A DNA stretch of 59,563 nucleotides, filler included, from Bipalium vagum (lineage: Eukaryota), in the NCBI GenBank assembly GCA_037834085.1. It is 3 parts of 3 records of this genome, joined end to end, with 100 filler letters (N's around TTAATTAATTAA, not from the genome) between each part and the next. Parts side by side here need not be neighbours in the genome. Positions count along the whole stretch, not along the records: positions 1 to 26,738 come from JBBMKC010131835.1; 2 more parts are not named here. One strand, given 5' to 3'. A model generated the notes under the pieces. It made no database searches and was not told where the DNA came from. It saw only the letters and a program-made list of their open reading frames with translations. Positions 1 to 14,230 of the stretch are shown piece after piece (position 1 is the first letter of the stretch; each line of letters begins with the position of its first letter). A program made the position numbers and the translations under genes.

Positions 1-133
1 ATAATTTTCAAAATCTAGTTAAAAAAATCTCCGTGAATTATTGTTTATGTATAATATTCAAAATAAATAATTGTCTGTAATATTTACTTTTTACTATTAT
101 TTAAAATCATTAGGTTACTTTTGAGCCACCCTG
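1..133. mobile_element. Terminal fragment of a Tc1/mariner-type element
   Basis: ggttacttttgagccaccctg followed by TA is the reverse complement of a CAGGGTGG-type terminus. No partner end lies in the window. Confidence 0.4.
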
Positions 134-1930
134 TATAAGGAATGTTATAAAGACTTTAAAAGTTTGAATATTGATAATATTGTTGTAAGTTTATCCTGAA
201 TGGTTATTATTTTGAGGCAAATAATATTAATTTCGATTTAATAAATTAAGAATTCTTTTCGCTATTCAGAAACGTTTGATCAGATAAAATTCATACAGTT
301 ATACTTTATTGATAATAGAAACATTATTGTTATTATTCTTAATATTTTTTTAAAATTATTTTTTATTATATTAATATTATTTTATTATTAATATTACTTT
401 TATTATAATATTTTTTATGATTTTTATTATCACATGGTTTTTTTTGATTAAATTATCTTTTTAATTTCTTTATCTTATCCATAAAAATACTTATAACAAA
501 AAGTAATTTTTCATAATTTAAAAATAAAAATTATTATTAATAATAATTTTTTTTCCATAAAAATCAATTCAGCTAAGGAAAAATGTAAAAAATTAAGCAC
601 AATATATTTAGGTTTTAAAAATGTATTATTATTTTATTTTAATCGATTCAAGGAGACATTTTTAATATGCAAATTTTGCCATCTTCATTATTAATAATAT
701 TTGAAAAAAATAACGTGAAAAAATATATTAATCAATTCAACAAAAAATATATGTGTACAATAATTTTTACAAATTTCAAAAAATAAATCATGAAAAGTAA
801 TCTGTCATTAAATTACTACAACGAAGAAATTTTTGTTATATTTTTATTCCTTATAATCAATATTTAATAAAAAATTTTGAAACAAGTAACGGAATTAAAA
901 TATAAACAAAATACATAAAATAATATTTTAATATTTTAATAAATATTCTTAAAAAGATATTATATTATTTAGTAATATTTTATTAATAAATTTAAAATGT
1001 ATTAAAAAAAACATTGAAAACTGTAATTATTGAATTTACAATATATAAATTATAAAAATTAATTTAAAATTAAGATTGAATAATTTAAACAAAAATAATT
1101 TAAGATTTAAATATTTTATGCTTGTTTATATTTATATTACAGTTATTTAATTTAATATTTTTTCACTTGAATAATTTTTTAAGTTAAATGAAATAATAAG
1201 ATTATATTTATAGGAAGACACTCTTTCTCTAGTAGAAATTTCAACATATTTATATTTATGTTTATTATTATAATACAATCTCATTTGGTCTCAGAGATCT
1301 CAAGAACTATTTAACGAAAAAATATTCCTTCGTAAAAGGAATGAAGATATTCGAAAGGAAAACATGAGAATATTACAGATTGGATCGAATCCCCTGAAGA
1401 AAATCTGAAAAAAACAAGATCCAAACAAAGGACGAACAAAAATGTTTCACAGGATAACATTAAGCCACCAGACTCATTTATGCATTGTCATAATTCTTTA
1501 AAAAGTATCCATAGAATGTTTTTATCAATGAAACATATATTTTAATAATTCATATTTTGTCAGCCAAATACTTGCCAAATCCAAATAATATTCAAACGAC
1601 CATTGAAAATAATATAATTCTTTTCACAGTTTTTATTTCAATATGTTTTCGATTATTTTGATTTTTCTATTATACATTTTCAAGAAAGTTATTAATAATA
1701 CCTTGAAGGAAGAGATAACAATTGAAATATTAAAATAAAACTAACTTTCAGTGTAAATCAGTCATAAATAAAAACACAAGTCGAAAACAAAAGACTTGTG
1801 AACCAGTTTGTGAAATATATTGTAGTACGAAAACAGGATTAATCAAATCCGATTGTTAAGCCTTTAGTAAAGATTTATCGACGTTTTTGAGTATTAGAGT
1901 TTTTATTTATTCATTCACAATAATTAATTT

Positions 1931-2122
1931 NNNNNNNNNNNNNNNNNNNNNNNNNNNNNNNNNNNNNNNNNNNNNNNNNNNNNNNNNNNNNNNNNNNNNN
2001 NNNNNNNNNNNNNNNNNNNNNNNNNNNNNNNNNNNNNNNNNNNNNNNNNNNNNNNNNNNNNNNNNNNNNNNNNNNNNNNNNNNNNNNNNNNNNNNNNNNN
2101 NNNNNNNNNNNNNNNNNNNNNN
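1931..2122. other. Assembly gap
   Basis: Run of N. Confidence 0.99.
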
Positions 2123-2244
2123 AGTTATCAAATCAAAGTTTAATATTCAGTAGCCTTTTAATTTTAAAGTAATTAATTGAATTATTCTATTTTGTTATAT
2201 AATAGAAAATGAATATTATTTATATAAAATACAATGCCAGTTAC

Positions 2245-2498
2245 CTCAAAGGTCTTAAGGTTCTTAACAAACGAAATACCCTTAGAATACCAAATATTCT
2301 ATTGCTATGCCCCAGTGAAATGGTAATTAATAAATCTAACATTGAAATAAAAACGAGGAAACCGTCCATTATATTCCATCCACTTTTCAGATATGCTTGA
2401 TCCCCAATAAGCAATCCTTTTGATAATACTTTTATGATCATTTCTCCAGTGAATATTATTGTGAATATATAATTTGTTACGGTAAGAAAAAGTCGCTC
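2245..2498 (-). CDS. CACNA1G: T-type voltage-gated calcium channel alpha-1 (Cav3) exon, domain III S2-S4
   Basis: Translates ERLFLTVTNYIFTIIFTGEMIIKV...AYLKSGWNIMDGFLVFIS...GILRVFRLLRTLRPLR, the Cav3 IIIS2-S4 signature. Flanked by an AG acceptor (2500-2499) and a GT donor (2244-2243). The symbol is given at family level (Cav3/CACNA1G-H-I, Ca-alpha1T). Confidence 0.93.
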
Positions 2499-3604
2499 CT
2501 AAAATGATAAAATATGCAATTATTATTGGGAAATGGTTTGAAAATTAATTAACAATTAATGAGGTTCTATTGAATTAGTGATTATGTCCAAAATTAGGTG
2601 TGATGCAATAAGCTGGGGATGACTGCTTCATAATTTTAATAATTACTTTAAAAACATTCATAAATAACTCAAAGTATTACGATTTGGTTGATGTCGATAA
2701 TAGTATTGTACTTAGCAATACTTGAAATTGAGAGAGAAATAATAAATTATTATTTATTAATAATAAAATATAATCTTCAAAAGTGTCATGAATAATGATT
2801 TATATAAATTTTAATTATTTTATTAATATAGAAATAATCATTCTAAACAATTATTAAAATTATTACGTTAAAATTTAATTAATTAAAATATTATATTAAT
2901 AATAATTTTTATTAAACAATAATTCTCGGGACAAAGATCATTTCTAATATATTTTAATCCTTCTAAAATAAATAAAATTAAACAAAAGTAAAAATTAAGC
3001 TGAATTATTATAAAGAAAAATAAGCACAATATTACACAATCATAATGAAGTAAAACAAAAAATAATCTTTAATTATTCTTTAATATTATTTGTATGAATT
3101 TTTCTAAAATCGAAATAAAATAAATGTGCAATGTAAACCACGTCTGTGTATAAATTTCTTCATTAATTGTGGAAAAATATGCGGTCAATCAGGATCATCA
3201 TCAACACGCATAAGATTTGAACAAAATTCTTATTCAGAGCCAAGACATACATTTAAAACTTCACCGTATCAATGACAACCATATCTCTGGTTTGAAATAA
3301 ATCACTGTTTTTTTGCTGAAAATTGATTCTACTTTTTCTAGATTAATACGTGTTGAGGTACATAAATAAACCGTGTAATCACATAAAGATGAAAACATAT
3401 ATCAAAATGGTATTATAAGAAAAATTGCGGACCTTCAAACTTGTCAAGGAACGAGTTTCTTTAACAAATAAAGAAATAATTTTTAATAAATAAATACGGG
3501 TCAAATGGCTTACGAAGTACTTCCGTAATGTTGACTTGTGTTTAATGAAAAGAATTTCTAAAGATAACGGGTGTCTACTAAAATTTCCTAATATTTTAAA
3601 TATA

Positions 3605-4890
3605 AAGGGTTTCCCTTAAGTCCCCGTGGAAAGTAAACTTAAATATCTTTCCTTAAATACAATCGATTTAAATTTCTATTTATATAATATTAAAGTATGT
3701 AAGTCTAAATTTTTTTCATATTTTAAATTTAGATTTGGCAAATGCCGCTTGATTTGAAGTTAAGAATCAAAATTGTACTTTTAATGGTCAAATTCAGCTC
3801 AATTTTTGTTGTTAAACGGAAATTAAAAGCCGAATTTGAGAAAACCTCACTAAGTGAAAGTGCTATAAGAGAGACTTTTCATCGTTTTTGTAAGATTGGG
3901 TCGGTGGAAGATCGTGAACGTTGTGGAAGACCAATGCTGATCACTGAAAATGAAATTCAGAAAATGAGTGAAGTTAAAGAAAGAGACCAACAATGCAGTG
4001 TTCGATCTGTTGCAACCACCTGCTCCATTTCGCGAACAACCCATCGAATTATGAGAGAGCAGTTATCATTGAAACCCTTTAATGTCCATTTCAGGCAGGA
4101 ATTACATTTAGAGGATTTGCAAGACCGAGTTGAGATGTGCAAAACCCTGGTCCTAATCTTAGAAAATGTGGATATTCAGGAAAATATTTTCTTTTCAGAT
4201 GAAGCAACGTTTTACCTAAAAGGATTAGTAAATAAACATATCGTCAGATATTGGTCAGAAAGTAATCCACATGTTACTTTTAAAACTGATAGAAAATCCC
4301 AGAAGGTCAAAAATGAAAAAAAAAAAAAAAGTTATCGGTTCGTATTTCTTTGAAAATGAGACTGTTAATGTTCGAAATTATTTATTTTCAAGATTACTTT
4401 GTTTGAATTGAGGAAAATGTACAAATTACGGAATTTCAGCAAGATGGAGCTCCTGGGCATTTTTCAACAAATGTACGACGGTATCTTGACGCTCATTTCC
4501 CGAATAGGTGAATTTGAAGAGGTGGTTCAATTCGATGAGCTCCATGCTCACCAGATTTATCTCCTCTTGACTTCTATTTATGGGGCAATTTAAAGAATAA
4601 GATATAAAAATCTGTAAAAAAAATATTGAAGATTTGAAAACAAAAATCACCGAAGAAATAAAAAGTGTTACCACAGAAACTTTGAATAGCGTATTTTTAA
4701 ATATTGTAAAAAGGATGAATTTATGTATATCAGTTAATGGTGGTCATTTCGAACAATTGTTGTAAATATTTTTATATGAAATAAAAATTAAAAGATTTGT
4801 CTTTAATTTTATAAAGCAAGCGATTAAATATCTCAATCTGATTAATAAATATTTAAGTTTACTTTCCGCGGGGACTTATGGGACACTCTG
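3605..4890 (+). mobile_element. Tc1/mariner DD41D (rosa/Visitor) transposon, full length, inactivated
   Basis: About 40-bp imperfect TIRs (..ccc.taagtccccg.ggaaagtaaacttaaatat) with TA at both ends. ORF 3742-4353 has FFSDEATF..VNKH..RYW. After a frameshift come FQQDGAPGH and SPDLSPLDFYLWG, with 41 residues between the two Asp. Ends GGHFEQLL*. Confidence 0.92.
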
Positions 4891-4911
4891 TAAACCTTTT
4901 ATTTTCAATTC

Positions 4912-6038
4912 TATTAGTCATGCAATTTGATTTTGAGCTCTTTATTATATTTTTTTGAATAATACCACTTTTATATCACATTTAAATTTAGATAATAATT
5001 TAATATTTCTTATTGAAATCATATAGGGAAAATTTTTTACAAATACTCATATCAGGCACTGCTTGTTGTATGAGTATGAACAAGGCACCAAAGCTAAAGA
5101 GGCCTCACGAAAATTTCTGAAAATTTATCTTCATAAAGGACTCTGTAAGCCCATGCAAAAAACTGTTTAGAAAATTTAAAGATGGCAATATAAGTCTTGA
5201 AGATCTCCCGAGAACAAGCCGTTCATCCGTGGTCGACGTTGACAAGCTAAAGCGAATGATTGATGAAAACCCGAAACAAACTACTGAAAATTTGGACACA
5301 ATTTTCGATTTGCTTGCGCTATAATAATTCACTTACATGAAATTGGGAAATCATATAATGCCGAAATGTGTAATACCAACCTCATGATCGAGATTCATTT
5401 TGGAAAAGAATCCAATGAAAAGTAGGTTGAATACACTAATCTTGATCATCACTGGCAATGGTTATCACCTGGATAACATTCACTATTTAGGCTATTTCCA
5501 AAAAAGAATCTATTGTCTGTTTAGTAGGATTGCTTAAAAGTCATTTATTGGGAACTCTTGAAAAATAGCGAAACACTTGACTCTGAACGTTACTGTCAGT
5601 TTACATTGTGCTCTTCGAAAATTAAGATCAAGTTTGTTTTGCAGAAAAGGAGTTATTCTTTAGCATGATAATGCTAAACCCCTTACATGAAAAATGACAC
5701 AAAAGTAATTAAGAGAACTGTGTTACCATGTCTTGCGAAATCCACCATATAGACAAGACTTTCCGGTTACAGATTATCATCTGTTCTACGTAATGGTTCC
5801 CTTTCTTAAAAGAAAATATTATAAAAACCTGGACAACATGAGAAATAACGTACAAACGCTTTTTGATAAAAAAAAATTACTGAATTTTATTCAGATGCCA
5901 TTCATTCTGACAGATAGATGACAAAGAGTACTTGACACCGATCGAGAATATTTAATCAATTAATGTTTAACATTTATAATAAAATTTATTTTAAAGTTTT
6001 GTTCAATAGGGTCCCATAATTAAATTGAATCCAAAATA
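4912..6038 (+). mobile_element. Degenerate mariner (DD34D) transposon
   Basis: HIRHCLLYEYEQGTKAKEASRK N-terminus, FKDGNISLEDLPRTSRS, HDNAKP, NPPYRQDFPVTDYHLF. Weak TIR similarity between 4912 and 6038. Many stops. Confidence 0.82.
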
Positions 6039-6139
6039 CATTAAGGTATTTACATTTTATATATTATATAGTTTCAAAAAGCACTTTCGACATACAATAT
6101 TTAATAGGATTAATAAGTTAGTCAGTAGATGTAGTTACC

Positions 6140-6600
6140 CAACCATATGTGTGTACATTTCTTTCAAAACCTCCAAAAATCGACGATAATACATATTTCT
6201 TGAGTGTTATCAAGATTGTCTTCTTTTTTTTTATCAAAGTTTATACCATTTTTGAGTAATATGACCTGGCCAAGTCAGGCCCAAACACATTCATCTTTGT
6301 AATAATTTCGAATATATAGAAGTAAACGACACTTAATACAATCATTTTTACAGATTTCTGAGTTATCTCAAAGCGTGATTTTCGAATTATTGTAGCATCG
6401 AGACCTTCATGGCTAATGATTAACTTTTTATGTTGGGAAGTTATTGTTGTATCTTTGTAGAATGGAATAAACAGTTTTTTGGAGATATTTTCTTTTTAAA
6501 AATGCAAAATAGTATACTTTTTACCAGTTTCATGATTAATTTAATAGCATTTTACGCACCTTTTATTTAATACTTCTCGTTTTTTAGTCATTATTATAAA
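6140..6600 (-). mobile_element. Possible highly decayed Merlin (IS1595-like) remnant
   Basis: Minus-strand SIFGGFERN resembles Merlin WVFGGIER. Little else is recognisable. Confidence 0.3.
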
Positions 6601-9006
6601 AATTTGAGTAATACAGAAAATCATTATTAAAAAAGAAAATATAAATCGATTGAATCTATAAAAAATTGGTTAAAATGGCAAATAGATTTATCAATCATCA
6701 CAACGTCATAACCTTTTATTTTGCTATTAATAATTATGAAATTAAAGTGGATAGCAGTTAAAATCAGTAATCTTAGACAAATTTACTAAATAGTATTGCC
6801 TAAGTTTGTTAATTCTGAAAATATTTTTCAAGATGGAAAACATAAATTTAAAGTGGTCTTTGAATAGTTCTGGGTATTATTATAATTTTATTTTTTTTCA
6901 TGTTTATTATTATAATTTTAAAATAGCTTCTGTGGTATCGAAACTTTTTAAACAAATAGAAATAAAATGAATCATTTAAGTGAGGAATATTTAGTGAAAA
7001 GTGTAATGAAAAATTACAGTTCCGGAAGGGTTAAAAATCATAAAAAGTAATAATTGGAAAATTTCTATCTGAAAATGATAATATTACCTATAATTTATTG
7101 CGGAGACTGAAGTCAGTGTATCAGTTAATTTGAGCATGTTTTAAGATTTTAGTCAGTCGCCTAAATTGTTTCAATATGTCTTGATTCGAAAACTAATTCA
7201 AGTTCAGTTTTCTCCCTCATTAATCGCGCGACATATTTCCTTAAGGTACGACAATCACTCTATAATTCATCCATAACATCCGACAGCATAAAAAGTAGAA
7301 ATTATGCTACAATGATACTCTTGGTCAAGTGTAAGGGACTTAATTAAATTTCCTCTACTAATGAAACAAAAAGGAAAGAAAAAGCAGTGTAAGGTCAAAT
7401 GTAATTAATAATTAATTAATTGAATAATATTTTCTTGGAATTTTCAAATTATCTGGTTCTCAAATGTACTTAGCATGGATTGATTGTGTAAGATTATTAA
7501 TAATTTTATTAAAATTTTTTGGTTGAACTTCGATATCACTGCCGGTCTTTTGTCTAGGTTAACTGAACATGTATGATTTTAATGACTTATGTTATACAAT
7601 TTTTTTAGAATCCAGACTTACACAGTGATTTTTTTCATTAGCGGAACGTTTTATAATAACCAAGTGACCTTAATAGCGACCACTTTCGTTAAATTTAAAT
7701 AAAATACTATATAGTTAAAAAAGTATAGCTAAAAATTAATATTATTTTTCAGATTAAATTAGTCATTTAAAACAAAAGCAATATGCTGCAGCTATTTCGA
7801 ATGAGATGCAAATTTTTTAATTATTAAATTGGGATAAAATATTCATTTCAAAAAGTATTCACAAAATTCATTTTGATTATTTAAAAAAATAATAATTTAT
7901 GTGAAATTATAGATTTAATATCAGTTGATTTAATGTTAGTGGACTGATACAATTCTAAATAATTACTAAAAAATGATTTAATTTCCATTGTTTTCCGTCA
8001 AAGTTAGTTTTGTCAATTAAAAGTGATGAGATATTTATTTCAATCAACATGTCGGTAGTTAGTTCTTTAAACAGTTTTTCAAAAAAATCAATGGATTCCG
8101 GAAGAAGTCTTCATCTTTTAAGCAATCTACTGACTGATTCAGTTTTTGATGTCTAGATAAGAAAGAAAGCACTGATCATTCATTGCGTGCTGCATGGATT
8201 GAAAATTAATGCAATAAACATAGTGCAACCGGGCAGGATACGACTTCCAACTTAAATGATTTTAACGTTTCTTATTTGAAATATATAACAGTACAATCGT
8301 TTTAGAAAAGAGACTTATCATGTCTTTTGTCATATTCTGGGTCTTGGTACTTAATTGAGTGAATTTATTAGACAGAGTTTGATATCGACCAACATTTCGA
8401 CAGTTTTCATGGTTTCGTGTTTTTCGTTTGAGCTGATTACAAAAAATCATGTTACCATTATTTTTCCATCTGCATATTGTTGATGTCGATGATTCACTTG
8501 AAGTTTTCAACGGCTCTCCGAATTGGTGATTTTGGTAAAGAATTTCAGTAAACTCGTATGATAATGATTTTCATTGGTTTTGGATTACTCTTGTGTGAAA
8601 ACAGTTATCAGTAGTGATCCTGTTAATATTTAGTGATTCTATTTTTTCTTTCAAACATTTGAAGCTTGCCTCTTTTGTTGTTTGTTCTTTTTTTGATATT
8701 TTTTTATTTTACTGTTTTCCCTAAAATATCTCAGATCTTAATTTATTAAAATCATTTTCGGCATTTTTATTTCGACAAAACTTTTTTCTATAAATCAAAG
8801 AGTGCAATGGGTTTTGCATTAACTCTATTTGATCAATTTAAACGAATGTTACATATTTATTTTGAAGGTACCCTAGATATTACTTTTTATTCCTTTAATT
8901 TTGCACATCAAAATCTTCATTAGATTGAGAGAAAATGTAACTTCTTTGAAAATTATAAAATCAATAATTGCCTGATATGTATATTTTTGAAAAAATATAA
9001 AATTAC

Positions 9007-9130
9007 CTTGCTTTGTGGAGGAATAGAAGGCCTTTCCATAGCCAAGGTAATACAATTTAGTGTTATGAAAAAAAGCACCAGATAATCAAACCACTTCCTA
9101 TCTACAATATATTGACATTTTTGTCTGAAT
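9007..9130 (-). CDS. CACNA1G: T-type calcium channel (Cav3) exon, domain III S1
   Basis: Translates (R)FRQKCQYIVDRKWFDYLVLFFITLNCITLAMERPSIPPQSK. Bounded by AG and GT, and splices in phase 0 onto ERLFL of the 2245-2498 exon across a 6.5-kb intron. Confidence 0.92.
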
Positions 9131-9802
9131 CTAAAATTATTAAATTTATTAATATTCCCGATGATAATAACATTATCATTAATTGCTAAATTATAAAATA
9201 AATAAAATTTGATAAAGTAATATTTATATATATCAATATTTATAATTGTAAATCCGTATAATGATGACTTAGACAATATCCAGAGGAAACTAATTATAAA
9301 ATTCCATTACTCCATATACTGAAAAAAATTAATTAATCTCTTCTCACGATATATGTACACATAATTTCAATTAAAATATATAAATTATTTTATTTGGCAA
9401 AATAAAAATATTTATTTAGGCTTCAGTTGAAAAATTTCTATTTATGTCAAAATTTTTAATATAATTAAATTAATTAAAATATAAAATAAAATATTCATTT
9501 GTGAAAACTTTAACTGGTTAAATATTTGATTTAATTTTTCACAATATATTTTAGGTGAATTATTATTTTTATGGCATAGCTTGACAATCACAAAAATATG
9601 TAGTACATTTAAGTATTTATTTTATTTAATATTTATAAGAATAATTTATTAATAGAATCAAAATAAGCGAAGGCCAACTAAATAATAAATAATTCTCTTT
9701 CTACTTAAAATAAATTCTAAAATATTAGATCATAAAGTCCCTTAAGATATTATTTTCTTTTGTTCATGTCACTGATTTATTATCATTATCATTAATATTA
9801 AT

Positions 9803-9812
9803 ATTAATATTA

Positions 9813-9856
<44 letters not shown>
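9803..9856. repeat. (ATT)n microsatellite
   Basis: Direct run of att triplets. Confidence 0.9.
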
Positions 9857-9858
<2 letters not shown>

Positions 9859-11033
9859 TTAATATTAATAATATTACTTTTATTATTATTGTCATTAATT
9901 TTATAAATCGATCATTTTGTAATGCAATTTATAAATAAATAGGAGAAAATTGAATAATTAATATTTATATACTAATACTTTTGAAAAATTTAATTTTTTA
10001 ATCAAATATCATTTAATGAAAAATTCTTCGTGGCCAAAATCGAAAATTCTAATCGATTTTTATAGAATATCGTAGTATCCATGAGTTTATTTGTATTTTT
10101 TTTCGATATTACATGTAATTTAATTTAACTAATTTTCACATATGAAAATTAAAAATACAAAAAATTAATAAATAGATTTTTGAAAAACGGACTAATTGAT
10201 GAAAATTAATTAATTATTTTATGTTTTAATTATTTAATATATTTTATTTGTTTACTTAAGTAATTTTTTTATCTAGATTATTTTTAGAATCGTGATGAAA
10301 AAAATTTTGAAGAACATTTTTGAATTGAAAAAATTACTGGACACTAAATCTGAATCAATAAAATTTAATAAGAAATTTTTATATATTTTTGTAATTTTTT
10401 ATATAAATGTTATACAATCTCACCTTTATGTCAAGTTAAATAACATGAGGAATTTCGCATTTACTGCGTTGGTTAAAACATTTAGCCTGACAAAGATAAC
10501 ATTTTAATCTTAATAACTAAGTTTATTATTCAGTATAACATCTTTCAAGATCAATATCATTTCTGCTTTGAAGTTGAACTACCAAGCTTAAGTTCACTTT
10601 CGGCTCTTATTTGGTTTCAGAAATCATACTCGAGAGGATGAAAAACACTTAATATACAAGAAACACCTTGGTAATAAACGGTCTATTTAAATGAAACTTT
10701 ATTGTGTACTACATTTCTGAAATAAAAAACAAAAGGATAATGTTTTATGTAGTAAGCACTGAACAACTTTTAGATTAGAAATTAGTAATTGTAACCTGCA
10801 ATTCTTTAATAAAAATAAATTTCATTAAATAATCAGTAAAATTTAAAACAAGTTTCTTTATAAATTACTTAATGAAGACTAAAAGAAATATAAGACAGAA
10901 AAAGTTGATAAATAATCATGTGAAAAAGAAATTTTTATCTAAAATTATTTAAATAATGAAAATACCACACAATTTTAATTTTAAGCTTCTTACAAAAATT
11001 TCGAAAAAAAATTAAAAATCCAAGAAAAAATGT

Positions 11034-11500
11034 ATTAGGTTGGCCAAATATAAAAGTAGCCAAGTATTATCTTTAATTTTTGCCATTACAAAATATTTAT
11101 TTATATGATAAAACTGTTTTAATCAAGTTATTTGAAATATTATTTATCTAAAATTGATTTAAATTTGAATTAATTAATATTTAGGAAATGATGTATCAAA
11201 AATAATAGAGAACAGGATGGTTCATATAAATTCACTCTAGGTAAACGGTCACTGATTCGCATCGAAATTTGGGTCAATTTGTCAGATTGTCTGAAATGAT
11301 GTTCCAGTATTACGCCAATGTCAGCCATGGTTTCGGAGTTCAAAGATGCTGAAGAAATTCTTGAAGACGAAAAAAAATCAACGTCATCCTCACGTTGCGA
11401 ACAAAGAAGCATCATAATACATCCAAGTTGTTACATACATTTCTTTCGAATAATCAAACAATAATTAATGTTTAACTCAGTTGTTCTACCGTTCCTTATT
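11034..11500 (+). mobile_element. 5' fragment of a mariner
   Basis: TA-TTAGGTTGGCCAAA terminus, then decayed YKFTLGK..DSHRNL, RQCQPWF and FKDAEEILEDE (mariner HTH region). Confidence 0.65.
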
Positions 11501-13419
11501 TTGATCACTAATCTTTCATAGTGCAATAAAAAGTCTTTGTGTTAAGTAAGATTTCAAAATTCAAAATGTTTTCAAATTAAAACAAATAGAAATAAAAAAA
11601 TTAACCGAAATTAAAATTATTAAATCCAATCTTTAAAGTGAGTAAGTAAGGTCTATATCAATTCGTGGAAAGCGTAGTAAAATACCGAAATCATTTTAGT
11701 ATTATAAAGCCTAAATGATAATATAACTAAACTAATAACAATTAATCATTTAATTTATGGCCAAAAGTTATATTAAAACAAAAATTTATACATTTTCCAG
11801 AATCAATTTTCCCTCATATGCATAAATAAAATAAACCCAAAATTTTCTATTTAAAAATATTGGTAATTTTTTTCATTTCAGAAAAATGAAGTTTTCAAAA
11901 ACTTAAAATATTTAAATAAAAATATTCATAACATATCATGGATTTCTAAAAGATTACACTTCAAAGATAATTTCTTTTATAGGTTAAGATCTCCAATTGA
12001 CAAGATTTCATAATTTTCAAAATTTCTCTGAGTTAATTTTTTTGTTTCCTGTAAGGTATTCATGATCCTTTTGAAATTTAGCTAAGAAAACTTTAAGACC
12101 ACAAGACTTCAAATTACCTATCAAAAAGAGAAAAACAAAAATAGTACAATTTCATAATAGAACTTATTTCGAAATAAAAGGTGAAGTGCTTCGAAAAGTG
12201 ATGAAGAAACCTGTCCAATTTCACCAGTAAGAATAAATTTAAATTACATATTTAGCTTGATAAAAATAATTAAATAAAAATAATGAAATCTCTTAAGTTG
12301 ATACACAGCTCTCTGTGTCTACCATTTCACTGTATCAACGTAGCTTGGATTTGCAACTTCAACACGGTTTCGCATCTTCTCAAGTGCTGTCTGCCTCTTG
12401 ATAAATGTTTGCCATTTCACTCCTGCGTATGTTTGAAGTAAAAATAGTATTTGGTACACTGGTCATGAAATTTGACAATATTGAATATTTATTCTCAAGG
12501 GTCATTATCTATTCCTTGGAACTTAAGAGGAGTCAATAAATTGCATCGACTTTCACAAAATAATAATTTAATATTTGAAATTAGTGTCAATCAAGGATAG
12601 TCCCTAAAAGCAAATGATCCGTTGTAATATACCAAAAACAAAATGTGTTACAAGCGGACTTACAACAAAAAATGAATTTGGAAATGAAATATCTACCATA
12701 AAATATTTCTTCAAGATAATCTCAGAACATTCTCTCATTGTCCTGTAAATTATAATTCCAAATTATAATTTTTTATGCGTCAAAAAGATTATTTAAATGC
12801 TCTGTTATATCTAATGGAAATTATTTTGAATTGTCCGGATTTGGATTCAATGATTCAGTAATTTTTGTAATGAAAATGAATGTAGAATACATGCTATATT
12901 TTTCATAATTTAGGCAAACCTTGACTTTGTTTAAACATATCAATTTGTTTGATTATTTCCTTTTGTTTGCTGAAATTTTAAAAATTGGCTATGAAAGAGA
13001 CTGGTTAAAAATATTTGATTAGTATGAAACTTAGGTTATAGTGAAATATTTACCTATTTTATTAACTTAAGGTACTTGAAATCTGGTAGGACCAAGTAAA
13101 GATGAGAATTACAGAAACGAAGACTGTTATGTAAATTCATTGTTATACTAACTAATTTATCCTAAAAACAGTCAAATTCTTTAAGATGGTAGCGATGAAT
13201 TAATTACCTTTCATAAGTGATTTCAGTTATTTTTGGGTACTGTAATTGTATTTCAATTAAAGGAAATTTTATGAAGAAAAGCGATATGTTATTGTTTACT
13301 GGATAATAACTGTTTTATGACAATTGACTTCATTGGAGATTAAGGACCTAGTTTAGTTATCAAGATCGCTTAGATAAGGTTGCTTAAAGTCTTCAGTTTT
13401 AAATAACATTTTAAACACA

Positions 13420-14230
13420 AATTTCATTGAATGGTATAAAGCTTCTAAGCTTATTAAATAGTGAATGGGACTTAAATACGAATCAATAATACATTTTAAT
13501 AAATCCTAAAAAGACATACAGATTTATTAATTTACTATTATTTATTCATTAAATTTTTAAGGTGCAAGAGAGAAAAAAGTGTGTTTGTTTCATGGAACAA
13601 TATTTGAAAGACATAAAAATGATTTAAATAAATCTATTTTACTTATTTGTGAATGGTCCATTAACATCAGTAAATAATACTACCAACAAATGATCTCCCG
13701 AAATATACGGTGTCAAAATGACATACAAAATTCCGCATTTTAGCATGCAAATTTTATTCATTAGAAGATCAAAAAGTATTTGTCGAGAGGACTTGGTAAT
13801 AGAGATAGATGAGTTTTTACTAGTAAAAAATAAATATCGAATTGGCCATAAACTTATCTGGCAAAAGTTGATCATTGATGGCATCGGACGCTTTCAAAAT
13901 CATTGATCTATTAAGTTTGTGGATATCAGAAAAAAGATAATATAATTTATCATAAAAGACTTAAACCTAGATCGATTATTATGAGTGAAAGATGGATAAT
14001 GTATAATAATTTGGAGCTTTTCATAATTGTAAAATATCATATCAAGATCAATTATGGAAAAAAATTGTCAGAAACTTCTAAATTAATACCCAACATATTT
14101 TTTGGATTTCAATTAAATAAAATTGAGAAAAAATATTTCAAATTTTTTCATACTTTTTACATCACTTAAATAAATATTACTGAGCTTTTTTATTTTATTA
14201 ACATTTTAATCTTTCTAATTTTATTACTAA
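13420..14230 (+). mobile_element. Degenerate Merlin (IS1595/ISXO2-like) transposon
   Basis: VIEIDEFLLVKNKYRIGH...IIDGIGR and MSERWIMYNNL...YHIKINY correspond to Merlin VEIDES..KRKY.RG..WVFGGIER and SD.W.AY..L..H..VNH. Boundaries are approximate. Confidence 0.75.

Noticed and set aside
4430-4600. TGA at conserved Trp positions in several transposases, suggesting a UGA=Trp code
   Set aside because: Other copies show TGG to TAG and GGA to TGA changes as well as frameshifts, and the three host genes use TGG for Trp with no in-frame TGA. This is ordinary AT-biased pseudogene decay.
6900-8700. Possible piggyBac (AAGGG-TTAA end at 7030 and a weak PL.FF..LF-like peptide near 8050-8100)
   Set aside because: The terminus points away from the putative coding remnant, and I found no partner TIR or catalytic motif.
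10630-13239. Candidate upstream Cav3 exons ending in phase 2 (10630-10682, near 12118, 13208-13239)
   Set aside because: The splice dinucleotides fit, but the peptides do not resemble the conserved pre-IIIS1 segment. Such sites arise by chance in AT-rich DNA.
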